Part shown: in pieces, positions 8,063 through 17,945 of the stretch | How positions within the stretch are numbered: the first letter of the stretch is position 1 | Layout: each line of letters begins with the position of its first letter | Position numbers and translations under genes: made by a program | Notes under the pieces: model-generated | What the model saw: only the letters and a program-made list of their open reading frames with translations | The model's database searches: none | Told to the model about the DNA's origin: nothing | Virus genome (UHGV): UHGV-0374663 | Reading direction: 5' to 3' (one strand) | Source: a virus | DNA length: 28,845 nt

Positions 8063-9097
8063 TCAGCCGTTGTCAGTGTCCAGTGAGTAGTTTTTAAAGC
8101 GGATGACCTCCTGACCGAGCCAGCCGTTTATCTCGCGGATCCTGTCCTGTAACGGGATAAGCTCATTGCGGACAAAGACCTTTGCCACTTTCTCAATATC
8201 TCCCAGTGACCCGACGTTCTCCGGCTTGCCGCCCATCAACTGAAAGGGGATGCGGTGTGCGTCCAGCAGGTCTGCGGCGCTGGCTTTTTTGATATTAAAA
8301 AAATCGTCCTTCGTCGCCACTTCACTGAGCGGGATAATTTTAATGCCGTCGGCTTTCCCTTGCGGGGCATAGAGAAACAGATTTTTAAAGTTGTTGCGGC
8401 CTTTCGACTTCACCATGTTTTCGCGGAGCATTTCGATATCGTTGCGATCCTGCACGGCATCGGTGACGTACATGATGTATCCGGCATGTGCGCCGTTTTC
8501 GTAATACTTGCGGCGGAACAGCGTGGCCGACTCATTCAGCCAGGCAGAGTTAAGGGCGCTGAGATATTCCGGCAGGCCGTACAGCTCCTGATTAATATCC
8601 GGCTCCAGCAGGTGAAACACGGAGCCGGGCGCGAAAGGTGTCGGCTCATGGAAGGACGGCACCCACCAGTAAACATCCTCTTCCACGCCACGGCGGGTAT
8701 ATTTTGCCGGTGAGGTTTCCAGTCTGATGACCTTACCGGTGGTGCTGTAACGCTTTTCCAGAAACGCATTACCGAACACCAGAAAATCCAGCACAAAGCG
8801 GCTGAAATCCTGCTGGGAAAGCCACGGATGCGGGATAAATGTCGAGGCCAGAATATTACGTTTGACGTAAATCGGTGAGCTGTGATGCACGGCAGCACGC
8901 AGGCTTTTTGCCAGACCGGTAAAGCTGACCGGTGGCTCATACCATCTGCCGTTACTGATGCACTCGACGTAATCCAGAATGTCACGGCGGTCGAGTACCG
9001 GCACCGGCTCACCAAAGGTGAATGCCTCCATTTTCGGGGCGCTGGCGGTCATTTTTTTTGCCGCAGGTTGCGGTGTTTTCCCTTTTTTCTTGCTCAT
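8063..9097 (-). CDS. Q: Portal protein
   Basis: 344-aa ORF, same length as P2 gpQ; adjacent to cos and overlapping the P stop. Confidence 0.95.
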   Translation of the reverse strand: MSKKKGKTPQPAAKKMTASAPKMEAFTFGEPVPVLDRRDILDYVECISNGRWYEPPVSFTGLAKSLRAAVHHSSPIYVKRNILASTFIPHPWLSQQDFSRFVLDFLVFGNAFLEKRYSTTGKVIRLETSPAKYTRRGVEEDVYWWVPSFHEPTPFAPGSVFHLLEPDINQELYGLPEYLSALNSAWLNESATLFRRKYYENGAHAGYIMYVTDAVQDRNDIEMLRENMVKSKGRNNFKNLFLYAPQGKADGIKIIPLSEVATKDDFFNIKKASAADLLDAHRIPFQLMGGKPENVGSLGDIEKVAKVFVRNELIPLQDRIREINGWLGQEVIRFKNYSLDTDNG

Positions 9098-10869
9098 CAG
9101 TAAAACTCCAGAATGGTGGATGTCAGCGGGGTGCTGATACCGGCGGTGAGTGGCTCATTTAACAGGGCGTGCATGGTCGCCCAGGCGAGGTCGGCGTGGC
9201 TGGCTTCCTCGCTGCGGCTGGCCTCATAGGTGGCACTGCGTCCGCTGCTGGTCATGGTCTTGCGGATAGCCATAAACGAGCTGGTGATGTCGGTGGCGCT
9301 GACGTCGTATTCCAGACAGCCACGGCGGATGACGTCTTTTGCCTTGAGCACCATTGCGGTTTTCATTTCCGGCGTGTAGCGGATGTCGCGCGCGGCGGGA
9401 TAGAACGAGCGCACGAGCTGGAACACGCCGACACCGAGGCCGGTGGCATCAATACCGATGTATTCGACGTTGTATTTTTCGGTGAGTTTGCGGATGGATT
9501 CAGCCTGGGTGGCAAAGTCCATGCCTTTCCACTGGTGACGCTCAAGTATTCTGAATTTGCCACCGGCCACCACCGGCGGTGCCAGCACCACGCATCCGGC
9601 ACTGTCGCCACGGTGTGACGGGTCGTAACCAATCCAGACCGGGCGGGAGCCGAACGGATTGGCGGCAAACGGCGCATAGTCTTCCCATTCTTCCAGCGTG
9701 TCGACCATGCAGCGTTGCAGCTCCTCGAACGGGAACACCGACGCCTTGTCGTCAACAAATTCACACATGAACAGGTTTTTAAAATCGTCGGCGCTGTTTT
9801 CGCGTTTGAGCTGCTCAATGTCGAACAGCGTGCAGCCGCCTTTCAGGGCGTCCTCAATGGTGACAATCTGCCGCCACTGACCGTCCGCACAGAGAAGACC
9901 ACCGGAAAGGGCGTTATGACTGACGTCGATTTCCACGCGTTCGGCGGCGCTGGCGCGTCCCCGGTTGAACAGTTCACCCGACCAGAACGGATAGGCGTCG
10001 TGCGCCAGCGTGGACGGGGTGGAGAAATAGGTCGAGCGCAGGTGACTCTGTGAGGCCATACCTGATGCCACCTTACGCAGTACCTGAAAATTCGGGATCC
10101 AGAAAATCTCATCGACGTACAGGTCGCCGTTATGACTCTGTGCGGTGTTGGAGTTGGTGCCGAGAAAAATCAGTTTTGCGCCGTTATTGCCCAGGACAAT
10201 CGGGTCACCGGTCAGGTCAACGTCAACCAGACGGGCAAAGGCGATGATGTATTCACGGAATACATACGCCTGCGTTTTACTGGCCGACAGAAAAATCTGG
10301 TTATGACCGGTTTTCAGGGCGCGCAGCAGCGCCTCGCGGGAAAAATAAAACGTTGCGCCAATCTGACGGGATTTCAGGATATCGCGGATGCGGTGCTCAA
10401 GCCCGGCGCGATACCAGTGCAACTGATAGTCGAAAGACTGCTCAAAGAAAATCTGCTCCAGCTTTTCGATGGCCTCGTCACTGAAAAAATTCTTTTTCGG
10501 TTTGCGCCGCCCGCCTTTGTTGCGGTTAGCGACGTTCGGATTAAGGTCTGCCTCGTTGCCGGTCTGGCTGTAACGATTTACCCGTGCCAGTCGTTCAATC
10601 TGGCGTCCCAGCAGGTCAATTTCCTTGAAGTCACCGCCGGTTTTCTGCGGTTTGATGATGAGCTGGGTCAGTCGCGCTTCCAGACTCATTTCGACACGGC
10701 TGATGGGGGCAACGCTGTCCCAGCCGTCGCGCTGTTTCCAGCTCTGCACCGTCGGGCGTTTCATCTGCAACATGGCGGCAATCTGCGGCACGGAAAACCC
10801 CTGCCAGTACAGCAGCGCCGCCTGACGACGCGGGTCGTGTAAAAGAGTGGTGTCTGTGGTGATGGTCAT
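9097..10869 (-). CDS. P: Terminase large subunit (ATPase)
   Basis: ORF-track frame 9097..10899; the internal start at 10869 (MTITTDTT...) gives 590 aa, the P2 gpP length, with a GAGG Shine-Dalgarno. Confidence 0.93.
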   Translation of the reverse strand: MTITTDTTLLHDPRRQAALLYWQGFSVPQIAAMLQMKRPTVQSWKQRDGWDSVAPISRVEMSLEARLTQLIIKPQKTGGDFKEIDLLGRQIERLARVNRYSQTGNEADLNPNVANRNKGGRRKPKKNFFSDEAIEKLEQIFFEQSFDYQLHWYRAGLEHRIRDILKSRQIGATFYFSREALLRALKTGHNQIFLSASKTQAYVFREYIIAFARLVDVDLTGDPIVLGNNGAKLIFLGTNSNTAQSHNGDLYVDEIFWIPNFQVLRKVASGMASQSHLRSTYFSTPSTLAHDAYPFWSGELFNRGRASAAERVEIDVSHNALSGGLLCADGQWRQIVTIEDALKGGCTLFDIEQLKRENSADDFKNLFMCEFVDDKASVFPFEELQRCMVDTLEEWEDYAPFAANPFGSRPVWIGYDPSHRGDSAGCVVLAPPVVAGGKFRILERHQWKGMDFATQAESIRKLTEKYNVEYIGIDATGLGVGVFQLVRSFYPAARDIRYTPEMKTAMVLKAKDVIRRGCLEYDVSATDITSSFMAIRKTMTSSGRSATYEASRSEEASHADLAWATMHALLNEPLTAGISTPLTSTILEFY

Positions 10870-10937
10870 GAATACCTCGCCGTGATGAATACACGGCAAG
10901 GCTACTGAGTCGCGCCCCGCGATTCGCTAAGGTGCTG

Positions 10938-10945
10938 TTGTGTCA
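10938..10945 (+). promoter_or_regulatory. TTGTGTCA element in the divergent P/O late-promoter region (putative Ogr-dependent)
   Basis: Variant of the TTGTG(C/T)CA 8-mer also found upstream of V and FI; about 100 nt upstream of the O start. Confidence 0.3.
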
Positions 10946-11042
10946 GTGATAAGCCATCCGGGACTGATGGCGGAGGATGCGCATCGTCGGGAAACTGATG
11001 CCGACATGTGACTCCTCTAATCACTATTCAGGACTCCTGACA

Positions 11043-11897
11043 ATGGCAAAAAAAGTCTCAAAATTCTTTCGTATCGGCGTTGAGGGTGACACCTGTGACG
11101 GGCGTGTCATCAGTGCGCAGGATATTCAGGAAATGGCCGAAACCTTTGACCCGCGTGTCTATGGTTGCCGCATTAACCTGGAACATCTGCGCGGCATCCT
11201 GCCTGACGGTATTTTTAAGCGTTATGGCGATGTGGCCGAACTGAAGGCCGAAAAGATTGACGATGATTCGGCGCTGAAAGGCAAATGGGCGCTGTTTGCG
11301 AAAATCACCCCGACCGATGACCTTATCGCGATGAACAAGGCCGCGCAGAAGGTCTACACCTCAATGGAAATTCAGCCGAACTTTGCCAACACCGGCAAGT
11401 GTTATCTGGTGGGGCTGGCCGTCACCGATGACCCGGCAAGCCTCGGCACGGAATACCTGGAATTCTGCCGCACGGCAAAACACAACCCCCTGAACCGCTT
11501 CAAATTAAGCCCTGAAAACCTGATTTCAGTGGCAACGCCCGTTGAGCTGGAATTTGAAGACCTGCCTGAAACCGTGTTCACCGCCCTGACCGAAAAGGTG
11601 AAGTCCATTTTTGGCCGCAAACAGGCCAGCGATGACGCCCGTCTGAATGACGTGCATGAAGCGGTGACCGCTGTTGCTGAACATGTGCAGGAAAAACTGA
11701 GCGCCACTGAGCAGCGCCTTGCTGAGATGGAAACCGCCTTTTCCGCACTTAAGCAGGATGTGACTGACAGGGCGGATGAAACCAGTCAGGCATTCACCCG
11801 CCTGAAAAACAGTCTCGACCACACCGAAAGTCTGACCCAGCTGCGCCGCAGTAAAGCCACCGGCGGTGGCGGTGACGCCCTGATGACGAACTGCTGA
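11043..11897 (+). CDS. O: Capsid scaffolding protein
   Basis: ORF-track frame 10977..11897; the start at 11043 (MAKKVSKFF) gives 284 aa, the P2 gpO length, with AGGA upstream. Confidence 0.9.
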   Translation: MAKKVSKFFRIGVEGDTCDGRVISAQDIQEMAETFDPRVYGCRINLEHLRGILPDGIFKRYGDVAELKAEKIDDDSALKGKWALFAKITPTDDLIAMNKAAQKVYTSMEIQPNFANTGKCYLVGLAVTDDPASLGTEYLEFCRTAKHNPLNRFKLSPENLISVATPVELEFEDLPETVFTALTEKVKSIFGRKQASDDARLNDVHEAVTAVAEHVQEKLSATEQRLAEMETAFSALKQDVTDRADETSQAFTRLKNSLDHTESLTQLRRSKATGGGGDALMTNC

Positions 11898-11955
11898 CCG
11901 GCGTCAGTCAGTCCGGGAAAACCTTCACGATTAACCCTTAATTTCAGGAAAAACT

Positions 11956-13029
11956 ATGCGCCAGGAAACCCGCTTTAAATTTAATGCCTACCTGTCCCGT
12001 GTTGCCGAACTGAACGGCATCGACGCCGGTGATGTGTCGAAAAAATTCACCGTTGAACCGTCGGTCACCCAGACCCTGATGAACACCATGCAGGAGTCCT
12101 CTGACTTTCTGACCCGCATCAACATTGTGCCGGTCAGCGAAATGAAAGGGGAAAAAATTGGCATCGGTGTCACCGGCTCCATCGCCAGCACCACCGACAC
12201 CGCCGGTGGCACCGAGCGTCAGCCGAAGGACTTCTCGAAGCTGGCGTCAAACAAGTACGAATGCGACCAGATTAACTTCGATTTTTATATCCGCTACAAA
12301 ACGCTTGACCTGTGGGCGCGTTATCAGGATTTCCAGCTCCGTATCCGTAACGCCATTATCAAACGCCAGTCCCTTGATTTCATCATGGCAGGTTTTAACG
12401 GCGTGAAGCGTGCCGAAACCTCTGACCGCAGCAGCAATCCGATGCTGCAGGATGTGGCGGTCGGCTGGCTGCAGAAATACCGCAATGAAGCCCCGGCGCG
12501 CGTGATGAGCAAGGTCACTGACGAGGAAGGTCGCACGACCTCTGAGGTTATCCGCGTGGGTAAGGGCGGTGATTATGCCAGCCTTGATGCACTGGTGATG
12601 GATGCGACCAACAACCTGATTGAGCCGTGGTATCAGGAAGACCCTGACCTTGTGGTGATTGTGGGACGTCAGCTACTGGCGGACAAGTATTTCCCCATCG
12701 TTAACAAGGAGCAGGATAACAGCGAAATGCTGGCCGCTGACGTCATTATCAGCCAGAAACGCATCGGTAACCTGCCGGCGGTACGCGTCCCGTACTTTCC
12801 GGCGGATGCGATGCTCATCACGAAGCTGGAAAACCTGTCCATCTACTACATGGATGACAGCCATCGCCGCGTGATTGTGGAAAACCCGAAACTCGACCGC
12901 GTGGAGAACTACGAGTCAATGAACATTGATTACGTGGTGGAAGACTACGCCGCCGGTTGTCTGGTGGAAAAAATTAAGGTCGGTGATTTCTCCACACCGG
13001 CTAAGGCGACCGCAGAGCCGGGAGCGTAA
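11956..13029 (+). CDS. N: Major capsid protein
   Basis: 357 aa, the P2 gpN length; follows O. Confidence 0.95.
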   Translation: MRQETRFKFNAYLSRVAELNGIDAGDVSKKFTVEPSVTQTLMNTMQESSDFLTRINIVPVSEMKGEKIGIGVTGSIASTTDTAGGTERQPKDFSKLASNKYECDQINFDFYIRYKTLDLWARYQDFQLRIRNAIIKRQSLDFIMAGFNGVKRAETSDRSSNPMLQDVAVGWLQKYRNEAPARVMSKVTDEEGRTTSEVIRVGKGGDYASLDALVMDATNNLIEPWYQEDPDLVVIVGRQLLADKYFPIVNKEQDNSEMLAADVIISQKRIGNLPAVRVPYFPADAMLITKLENLSIYYMDDSHRRVIVENPKLDRVENYESMNIDYVVEDYAAGCLVEKIKVGDFSTPAKATAEPGA

Positions 13030-13032
13030 CCG

Positions 13033-13776
13033 ATGACGAGTCCCGCACAGCGCCACATGATGCGGGTCTCGGCAGCGATGACCGCGCAGCGGGAAGCCGC
13101 CCCGCTGCGACATGCAACTGTCTATGAGCAGATGCTGGTCAAGCTGGCCGCAGACCAGCGCACACTGAAAGCGATTTATTCAAAAGAGCTGAAGGCCGCG
13201 AAAAAACGCGAACTGCTGCCGTTCTGGTTGCCGTGGGTGAACGGCGTGCTGGAGCAGGGCAAAGGTGCACAGGATGACATTCTGATGACGGTCATGCTGT
13301 GGCGTCTGGATACCGGCGATATTGCCGGTGCGCTGGAGATTGCCCGTTATGCCCTGAAGTATGGTCTGACCATGCCGGGTAAACACCGCCGCACCCCGCC
13401 GTACATGTTCACCGAGGAGGTCGCGCTCGCGGCCATGCGCGCCCACGCTGCCGGTGAGTCTGTGGCTCCCCGCCTGCTGACGGAGACCCTTGAACTGACC
13501 GCCACGGCAGACATGCCTGATGAAGTGCGCGCAAAGCTGCACAAAATCACCGGTCTGTTTCTGCGTGACGCTGGTGATGCCGCCGGTGCGCTGGCTCACC
13601 TGCAACGTGCGACACAGCTCGACTGTCAGGCAGGCGTCAAAAAAGAGATTGAACGACTGGAGCGGGAGCTGAAACCGAAGCCGGAGCCGCAGCCCAAAGC
13701 GGCCACCCGTACCCCGCGTAAGACCCGGAGCGTGACACCGGCAAAACGTGGACGCCCGAAAAAGAAAGCCAGTTAA
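13033..13776 (+). CDS. M: Terminase small subunit (endonuclease subunit)
   Basis: 247 aa, the P2 gpM length; basic C-terminal tail (KRGRPKKKAS). Confidence 0.9.
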   Translation: MTSPAQRHMMRVSAAMTAQREAAPLRHATVYEQMLVKLAADQRTLKAIYSKELKAAKKRELLPFWLPWVNGVLEQGKGAQDDILMTVMLWRLDTGDIAGALEIARYALKYGLTMPGKHRRTPPYMFTEEVALAAMRAHAAGESVAPRLLTETLELTATADMPDEVRAKLHKITGLFLRDAGDAAGALAHLQRATQLDCQAGVKKEIERLERELKPKPEPQPKAATRTPRKTRSVTPAKRGRPKKKAS

Positions 13777-13875
13777 CAACCGAATGCGCCCCGCGCCAGG
13801 GCGGCACGCCGGTCAGTGAGGGTGAATCACCTGACACTGCACCGGCGTCCACCGCCCGACTTTTCAGAGGTAGTC

Positions 13876-14385
13876 ATGATGACGCTGATTATTCCGCGAA
13901 AGGAGGCTCCCGTGTCCGGTGAGGGTACGGTGGTCATCCCGCAACCGGCAGGCGACGAGCCGGTGATTAAAAACACATTCTTTTTTCCCGATATCGACCC
14001 GAAGCGCGTCCGGGAACGTATGCGCCTTGAGCAGACCGTCGCCCCCGCCCGTCTGCGTGAGGCCATCAAGTCAGGCATGGCTGAAACGAATGCGGAGCTG
14101 TACGAGTACCGCGAACAGAAAATTGCCGCCGGTTTTACGCGTCTGGCGGACGTTCCGGCGGACGACATCGACGGTGAAAGCATCAAAGTTTTTTACTACG
14201 AGCGCGCCGTGTGTGCGATGGCGACCGCGTCGCTTTATGAGCGTTATCGCGGCGTGGATGCCAGTGCGAAAGGCGACAAGAAGGCCGACAGCATTGACAG
14301 CACCATTGATGAACTGTGGCGGGATATGCGCTGGGCGGTGGCGCGTATCCAGGACAAGCCGCGCTGCATCGTGAGTCAAATCTGA
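13876..14385 (+). CDS. L: Head completion/stabilisation protein
   Basis: ORF-track frame 13816..14385; the start at 13876 after an AGAGG Shine-Dalgarno gives 169 aa, the P2 gpL length. Confidence 0.88.
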   Translation: MMTLIIPRKEAPVSGEGTVVIPQPAGDEPVIKNTFFFPDIDPKRVRERMRLEQTVAPARLREAIKSGMAETNAELYEYREQKIAAGFTRLADVPADDIDGESIKVFYYERAVCAMATASLYERYRGVDASAKGDKKADSIDSTIDELWRDMRWAVARIQDKPRCIVSQI

Positions 14386-14588
14386 TGAAGACCTTTGCGC
14401 TACAGGGCGACACGCTCGACGCCATTTGTGTCCGGTATTACGGGCGCACTGAGGGCGTGGTTGAGACCGTGCTCGCCGCAAATCCGGGACTGGCTGAACT
14501 GGGTGCGGTGCTGCCACACGGCACCGCCGTCGAACTGCCCGACGTTCAGACCGCGCCCGTGGCTGAAACTGTCAATCTGTGGGAGTAA
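14385..14588 (+). CDS. X: Tail protein X
   Basis: 67 aa from the MKTFALQGDT start, overlapping the L stop by 1 nt (TGATG); matches P2 gpX. Confidence 0.85.
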   Translation: MKTFALQGDTLDAICVRYYGRTEGVVETVLAANPGLAELGAVLPHGTAVELPDVQTAPVAETVNLWE

Positions 14589-14591
14589 CGC

Positions 14592-14873
14592 ATGACAGCA
14601 GAAGAAAAAAGCGTCCTGTCGCTTTTCATGATTGGGGTGCTGATTGTTGTCGGCAAGGTGCTTGCCGGTGGTGAACCCATCACCCCGCGTCTGTTTATCG
14701 GGCGCATGTTGCTCGGTGGTTTTGTTTCGATGGTTGCCGGTGTTGTTCTGGTGCAGTTTCCTGACCTGTCACTGCCTGCGGTGTGCGGCATCGGCTCCAT
14801 GCTGGGTATCGCCGGTTATCAGGTGATTGAGATTGCCATTCAGCGCCGCTTTAAGGGCAGGGGGAAACCGTAA
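14592..14873 (+). CDS. Y: Holin
   Basis: 93 aa with hydrophobic transmembrane segments; the P2 gpY length and position. Confidence 0.85.
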   Translation: MTAEEKSVLSLFMIGVLIVVGKVLAGGEPITPRLFIGRMLLGGFVSMVAGVVLVQFPDLSLPAVCGIGSMLGIAGYQVIEIAIQRRFKGRGKP

Positions 14874-15370
14874 TGCCGGTAATTAACACGCATCAGAATA
14901 TCGCCGCCTTTCTCGACATGCTGGCGGTGTCCGAAGGGACGGCGAATCACCCGCTGACGAAAAACCGGGGCTATGACGTGATAGTCACCGGACTGGACGG
15001 AAAGCCGGAAATATTCACCGACTACAGTGACCACCCGTTCGCGCATGGCCGACCGGCGAAGGTGTTTAACCGTCGCGGTGAAAAATCCACGGCTTCCGGT
15101 CGCTATCAGCAGCTTTACCTGTTCTGGCCGCACTACCGCAAACAGCTTGCCCTGCCGGATTTCAGTCCGTTGTCACAGGACAGACTTGCCATTCAGTTGA
15201 TCCGCGAACGCGGTGCACTGGATGACATCCGGGCGGGACGCATTGAGCGCGCCATTTCACGCTGTCGCAATATCTGGGCGTCCCTGCCGGGAGCCGGTTA
15301 CGGTCAGCGTGAGCATTCACTGGAAAAACTGGTCACCGTCTGGCGTACCGCTGGCGGCGTACCGGCTTAA
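14873..15370 (+). CDS. K: Endolysin (lysozyme)
   Basis: 165 aa, the P2 gpK length; follows the holin. Confidence 0.9.
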   Translation: MPVINTHQNIAAFLDMLAVSEGTANHPLTKNRGYDVIVTGLDGKPEIFTDYSDHPFAHGRPAKVFNRRGEKSTASGRYQQLYLFWPHYRKQLALPDFSPLSQDRLAIQLIRERGALDDIRAGRIERAISRCRNIWASLPGAGYGQREHSLEKLVTVWRTAGGVPA

Positions 15371-15384
15371 ACGGAGTAAACACC

Positions 15385-15810
15385 ATGAAGAAATTATCCC
15401 TTTCACTGATGCTGAACGTGTCGCTGGCGCTGATGCTGGCACTGTCCCTGATTTACCCGCAGAGCGTGGCCGTCAATTTTGTCGCCGCCTGGGCGATTCT
15501 GGCGACGGTTATCTGTGTGGTTGCCGGTGGTGTCGGCGTGTATGCCACTGAGTATGTGCTGGAACGCTACGGGCGGGAGCTGCCGCCGGAATCGCTGGCC
15601 GTGAAGATTGTCGCGTCGCTGTTTTTGCAGCCGGTGCCGTGGCGCAGACGGGCGGCGGCTCTGGTGGTGATGGTGGCGACGTTTATCTCGCTGGTCGCTG
15701 CCGGGTGGATTTTTACCGCGCTGATTTACCTCGTGGCGTCGGTGTTCTTCCGGTTGATACGCACGGCCTGTCGTCAGCGTTTTGAGGGGCGGGAACCATG
15801 TCAAAGCTGA
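15385..15810 (+). CDS. lysA: LysA (membrane protein of the lysis cassette)
   Basis: 141 aa, highly hydrophobic, downstream of the endolysin; the P2 LysA length. Confidence 0.75.
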   Translation: MKKLSLSLMLNVSLALMLALSLIYPQSVAVNFVAAWAILATVICVVAGGVGVYATEYVLERYGRELPPESLAVKIVASLFLQPVPWRRRAAALVVMVATFISLVAAGWIFTALIYLVASVFFRLIRTACRQRFEGREPCQS

Positions 15811-16223
15811 TGATTGTGCTGGTTGTGTTGTTATCACTGGCGGTGGCCGGTCTGTTTCTGGCGAAGCATGAAAACGCCAGCCTGCGCACCTCGCTGGACA
15901 GGGCGAACAACGTCGCCAACGGGCAGCAGACGACCATCACCATGCTGAAAAATCAGCTTCATGTTGCCCTCACCAGAGCAGACAAAAACGAGCTGGCGCA
16001 GGTGGCACTGCGTCAGGAACTGGAGAACGCGGCGAAGCGTGAAGCACAGCGCGAGAAAACCATCACGAGGTTACTGAATGAAAACGAAGATTTTCGCCGC
16101 TGGTACGGCGCTGGCCTGCCTGATGCTGTGCGCCGGTTGCACCAGCGCCCGGCCTGCACCGACGCCAGTGATTGTCGCCAACGCCTGCCCGAAAGTGAGC
16201 CTTTGCCCGATGCCGGGCAGTGA
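15798..16223 (+). CDS. lysB: LysB (Rz-like inner-membrane spanin)
   Basis: 141 aa with an N-terminal transmembrane segment followed by a charged helical region. Confidence 0.8.
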   Translation: MSKLMIVLVVLLSLAVAGLFLAKHENASLRTSLDRANNVANGQQTTITMLKNQLHVALTRADKNELAQVALRQELENAAKREAQREKTITRLLNENEDFRRWYGAGLPDAVRRLHQRPACTDASDCRQRLPESEPLPDAGQ

Positions 16224-16368
16224 CCCGGAGACGAACGGCGATTTAAGTGCCGATATCCGACAGCTTGAGAACGCGCTGGCACGCTGTGCCAGCCAGGTAA
16301 AAATGATTAAACACTGTCAGGACGAAAACGATGCTCAAACCCGACAGCCTGCGCAGGGCGCTGACTGA
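16078..16368 (+). CDS. lysC: LysC (Rz1-like outer-membrane lipoprotein spanin), embedded in and extending past lysB in another frame
   Basis: 96 aa with a lipoprotein signal peptide and lipobox (LCAGC); overlaps lysB out of frame, as in P2. Confidence 0.72.
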   Translation: MKTKIFAAGTALACLMLCAGCTSARPAPTPVIVANACPKVSLCPMPGSDPETNGDLSADIRQLENALARCASQVKMIKHCQDENDAQTRQPAQGAD

Positions 16369-16798
16369 TGCCGTCACGGTGCTGAAAACCAGTCCCGAGA
16401 TGCTGCGGATATTCGTTGATAACGGGAGTATTGCCTCCACGCTGGCGACGTCGTTGTCATTCGAAAAGCGTTACACGCTCAATGTGATTGTGACCGACTT
16501 TACCGGTGATTTTGACCTGCTCATCGTGCCGGTGCTGGCGTGGCTGCGGGAAAATCAGCCCGACATCATGACCACCGACGAAGGCCAGAAAAAGGGCTTC
16601 ACGTTTTATGCAGACATCAACAATGACAGCAGCTTTGATATCAGCATCAGCCTGATGCTGACCGAGCGCACGCTGGTCAGTGAGGTGGACGGCGCACTGC
16701 ATGTGAAGAATATCCCGGAACCCACGCCGCCGGAGCCGGTCACCCGCCCGGTGGAGCTTTATATCAATGGCGAACTGGTGAGCAAGTGGGATGAATGA
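16331..16798 (+). CDS. R: Tail completion protein R
   Basis: 155 aa, the P2 gpR length. Confidence 0.85.
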   Translation: MLKPDSLRRALTDAVTVLKTSPEMLRIFVDNGSIASTLATSLSFEKRYTLNVIVTDFTGDFDLLIVPVLAWLRENQPDIMTTDEGQKKGFTFYADINNDSSFDISISLMLTERTLVSEVDGALHVKNIPEPTPPEPVTRPVELYINGELVSKWDE

Positions 16799-17243
16799 GT
16801 TTAAGCGTTTTGAAGACCGGCTGACCGGACTGATTGAATCGCTGTCACCGTCAGGGCGTCGGCGACTGAGCGCCGAACTGGCGAAACGTCTGCGGCAGAG
16901 TCAGCAGCGTCGGGTGATGGCTCAGAAAGCCCCGGACGGCACACCCTACGCGCCACGCCAGCAGCAGAGCGCCAGAAAAAAGACTGGTCGTGTTAAGCGA
17001 AAAATGTTTGCGAAACTTATCACCAGTCGTTTTTTGCATATCCGCGCCAGCCCGGAACAGGCATCAATGGAGTTTTACGGCGGAAAGTCACCGAAAATCG
17101 CCAGTGTGCATCAGTTCGGTCTGTCGGAAGAAAACCGGAAAGACGGTAAGAAAATTGATTATCCGGCGCGTCCCCTGCTCGGCTTTACCGGTGAGGATGT
17201 GCAGATGATTGAAGAGATTATTCTGGCGCACCTCGACCGTTAG
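16791..17243 (+). CDS. S: Tail completion protein S
   Basis: 150 aa, the P2 gpS length. Confidence 0.85.
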   Translation: MNEFKRFEDRLTGLIESLSPSGRRRLSAELAKRLRQSQQRRVMAQKAPDGTPYAPRQQQSARKKTGRVKRKMFAKLITSRFLHIRASPEQASMEFYGGKSPKIASVHQFGLSEENRKDGKKIDYPARPLLGFTGEDVQMIEEIILAHLDR

Positions 17244-17251
17244 TTGTGCCA
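17244..17251 (+). promoter_or_regulatory. TTGTGCCA element upstream of V (putative Ogr-dependent late promoter PV)
   Basis: 8-mer located 66 nt upstream of the V ATG; identical 8-mer upstream of FI and a one-mismatch variant upstream of O. Confidence 0.3.
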
Positions 17252-17309
17252 TTCCCGACACCTCATCGTCACATTGCCGCCGGTATGACCCGGCGGCATC
17301 CTTCCCGTT

Positions 17310-17945
17310 ATGAACACTCTCGCAAATATTCAGGAACTCGCGCGCGCACTGCGCAACATGATCCGCACCGGCATTATCGTCGAAACCGACCTTAACGCCG
17401 GTCGCTGCCGTGTGCAGACCGGCGGCATGTGCACCGACTGGCTTCAGTGGCTGACCCATCGCGCCGGACGTTCGCGCACATGGTGGGCGCCTTCCGTGGG
17501 GGAACAGGTGCTGATTCTGTCCGTGGGTGGTGAACTCGACACGGCGTTCGTTCTGCCGGGGATTTATTCCGGTGATAACCCCTCGCCGTCTGTGTCGGCG
17601 GATGCCCTGCATATCCGTTTCCCTGACGGGGCGGTGATTGAATATGAACCCGAAACCAGTGCACTCACGGTAAGCGGAATTAAAACGGCCAGCGTGACGG
17701 CTTCTGATTCTGTTACTGCCACGGTGCCTGTGGTCACGGTGAAAGCGTCAACCCGTGTCACCCTGGACACACCGGAAGTGGTCTGCACTAACAAACTGAC
17801 TACCGGCACGCTGGAAGTGCAGAAGGGCGGGACGATGCGCGGCAACATTGAACACACCGGCGGTGAACTCTCATCAAACGGTAAGGTACTGCATACCCAT
17901 AAACACCCCGGCGACAGCGGCGGCACAACCGGGGGACCTCTATGA
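17310..17945 (+). CDS. V: Baseplate spike protein
   Basis: 211 aa, the P2 gpV length. Confidence 0.9.
   Translation: MNTLANIQELARALRNMIRTGIIVETDLNAGRCRVQTGGMCTDWLQWLTHRAGRSRTWWAPSVGEQVLILSVGGELDTAFVLPGIYSGDNPSPSVSADALHIRFPDGAVIEYEPETSALTVSGIKTASVTASDSVTATVPVVTVKASTRVTLDTPEVVCTNKLTTGTLEVQKGGTMRGNIEHTGGELSSNGKVLHTHKHPGDSGGTTGGPL

Noticed and set aside
9169-10842. Multiple ORFs of 60-236 aa on the + strand (e.g. 9169..9618, 9715..10053, 10132..10842) overlapping terminase gene P
   Set aside because: They are antisense or out-of-frame shadows inside a GC-rich, well-supported gene (P is 590 aa, the P2 length); none has an independent ribosome-binding site or a recognisable product.
13180-14517. 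Long antisense ORFs (e.g. 13180..13779 and 14071..14517, minus strand) across M, L and X
   Set aside because: Arg/Gly/Cys-rich translations typical of reverse-strand reading of GC-rich coding DNA; the forward genes match P2 lengths exactly.
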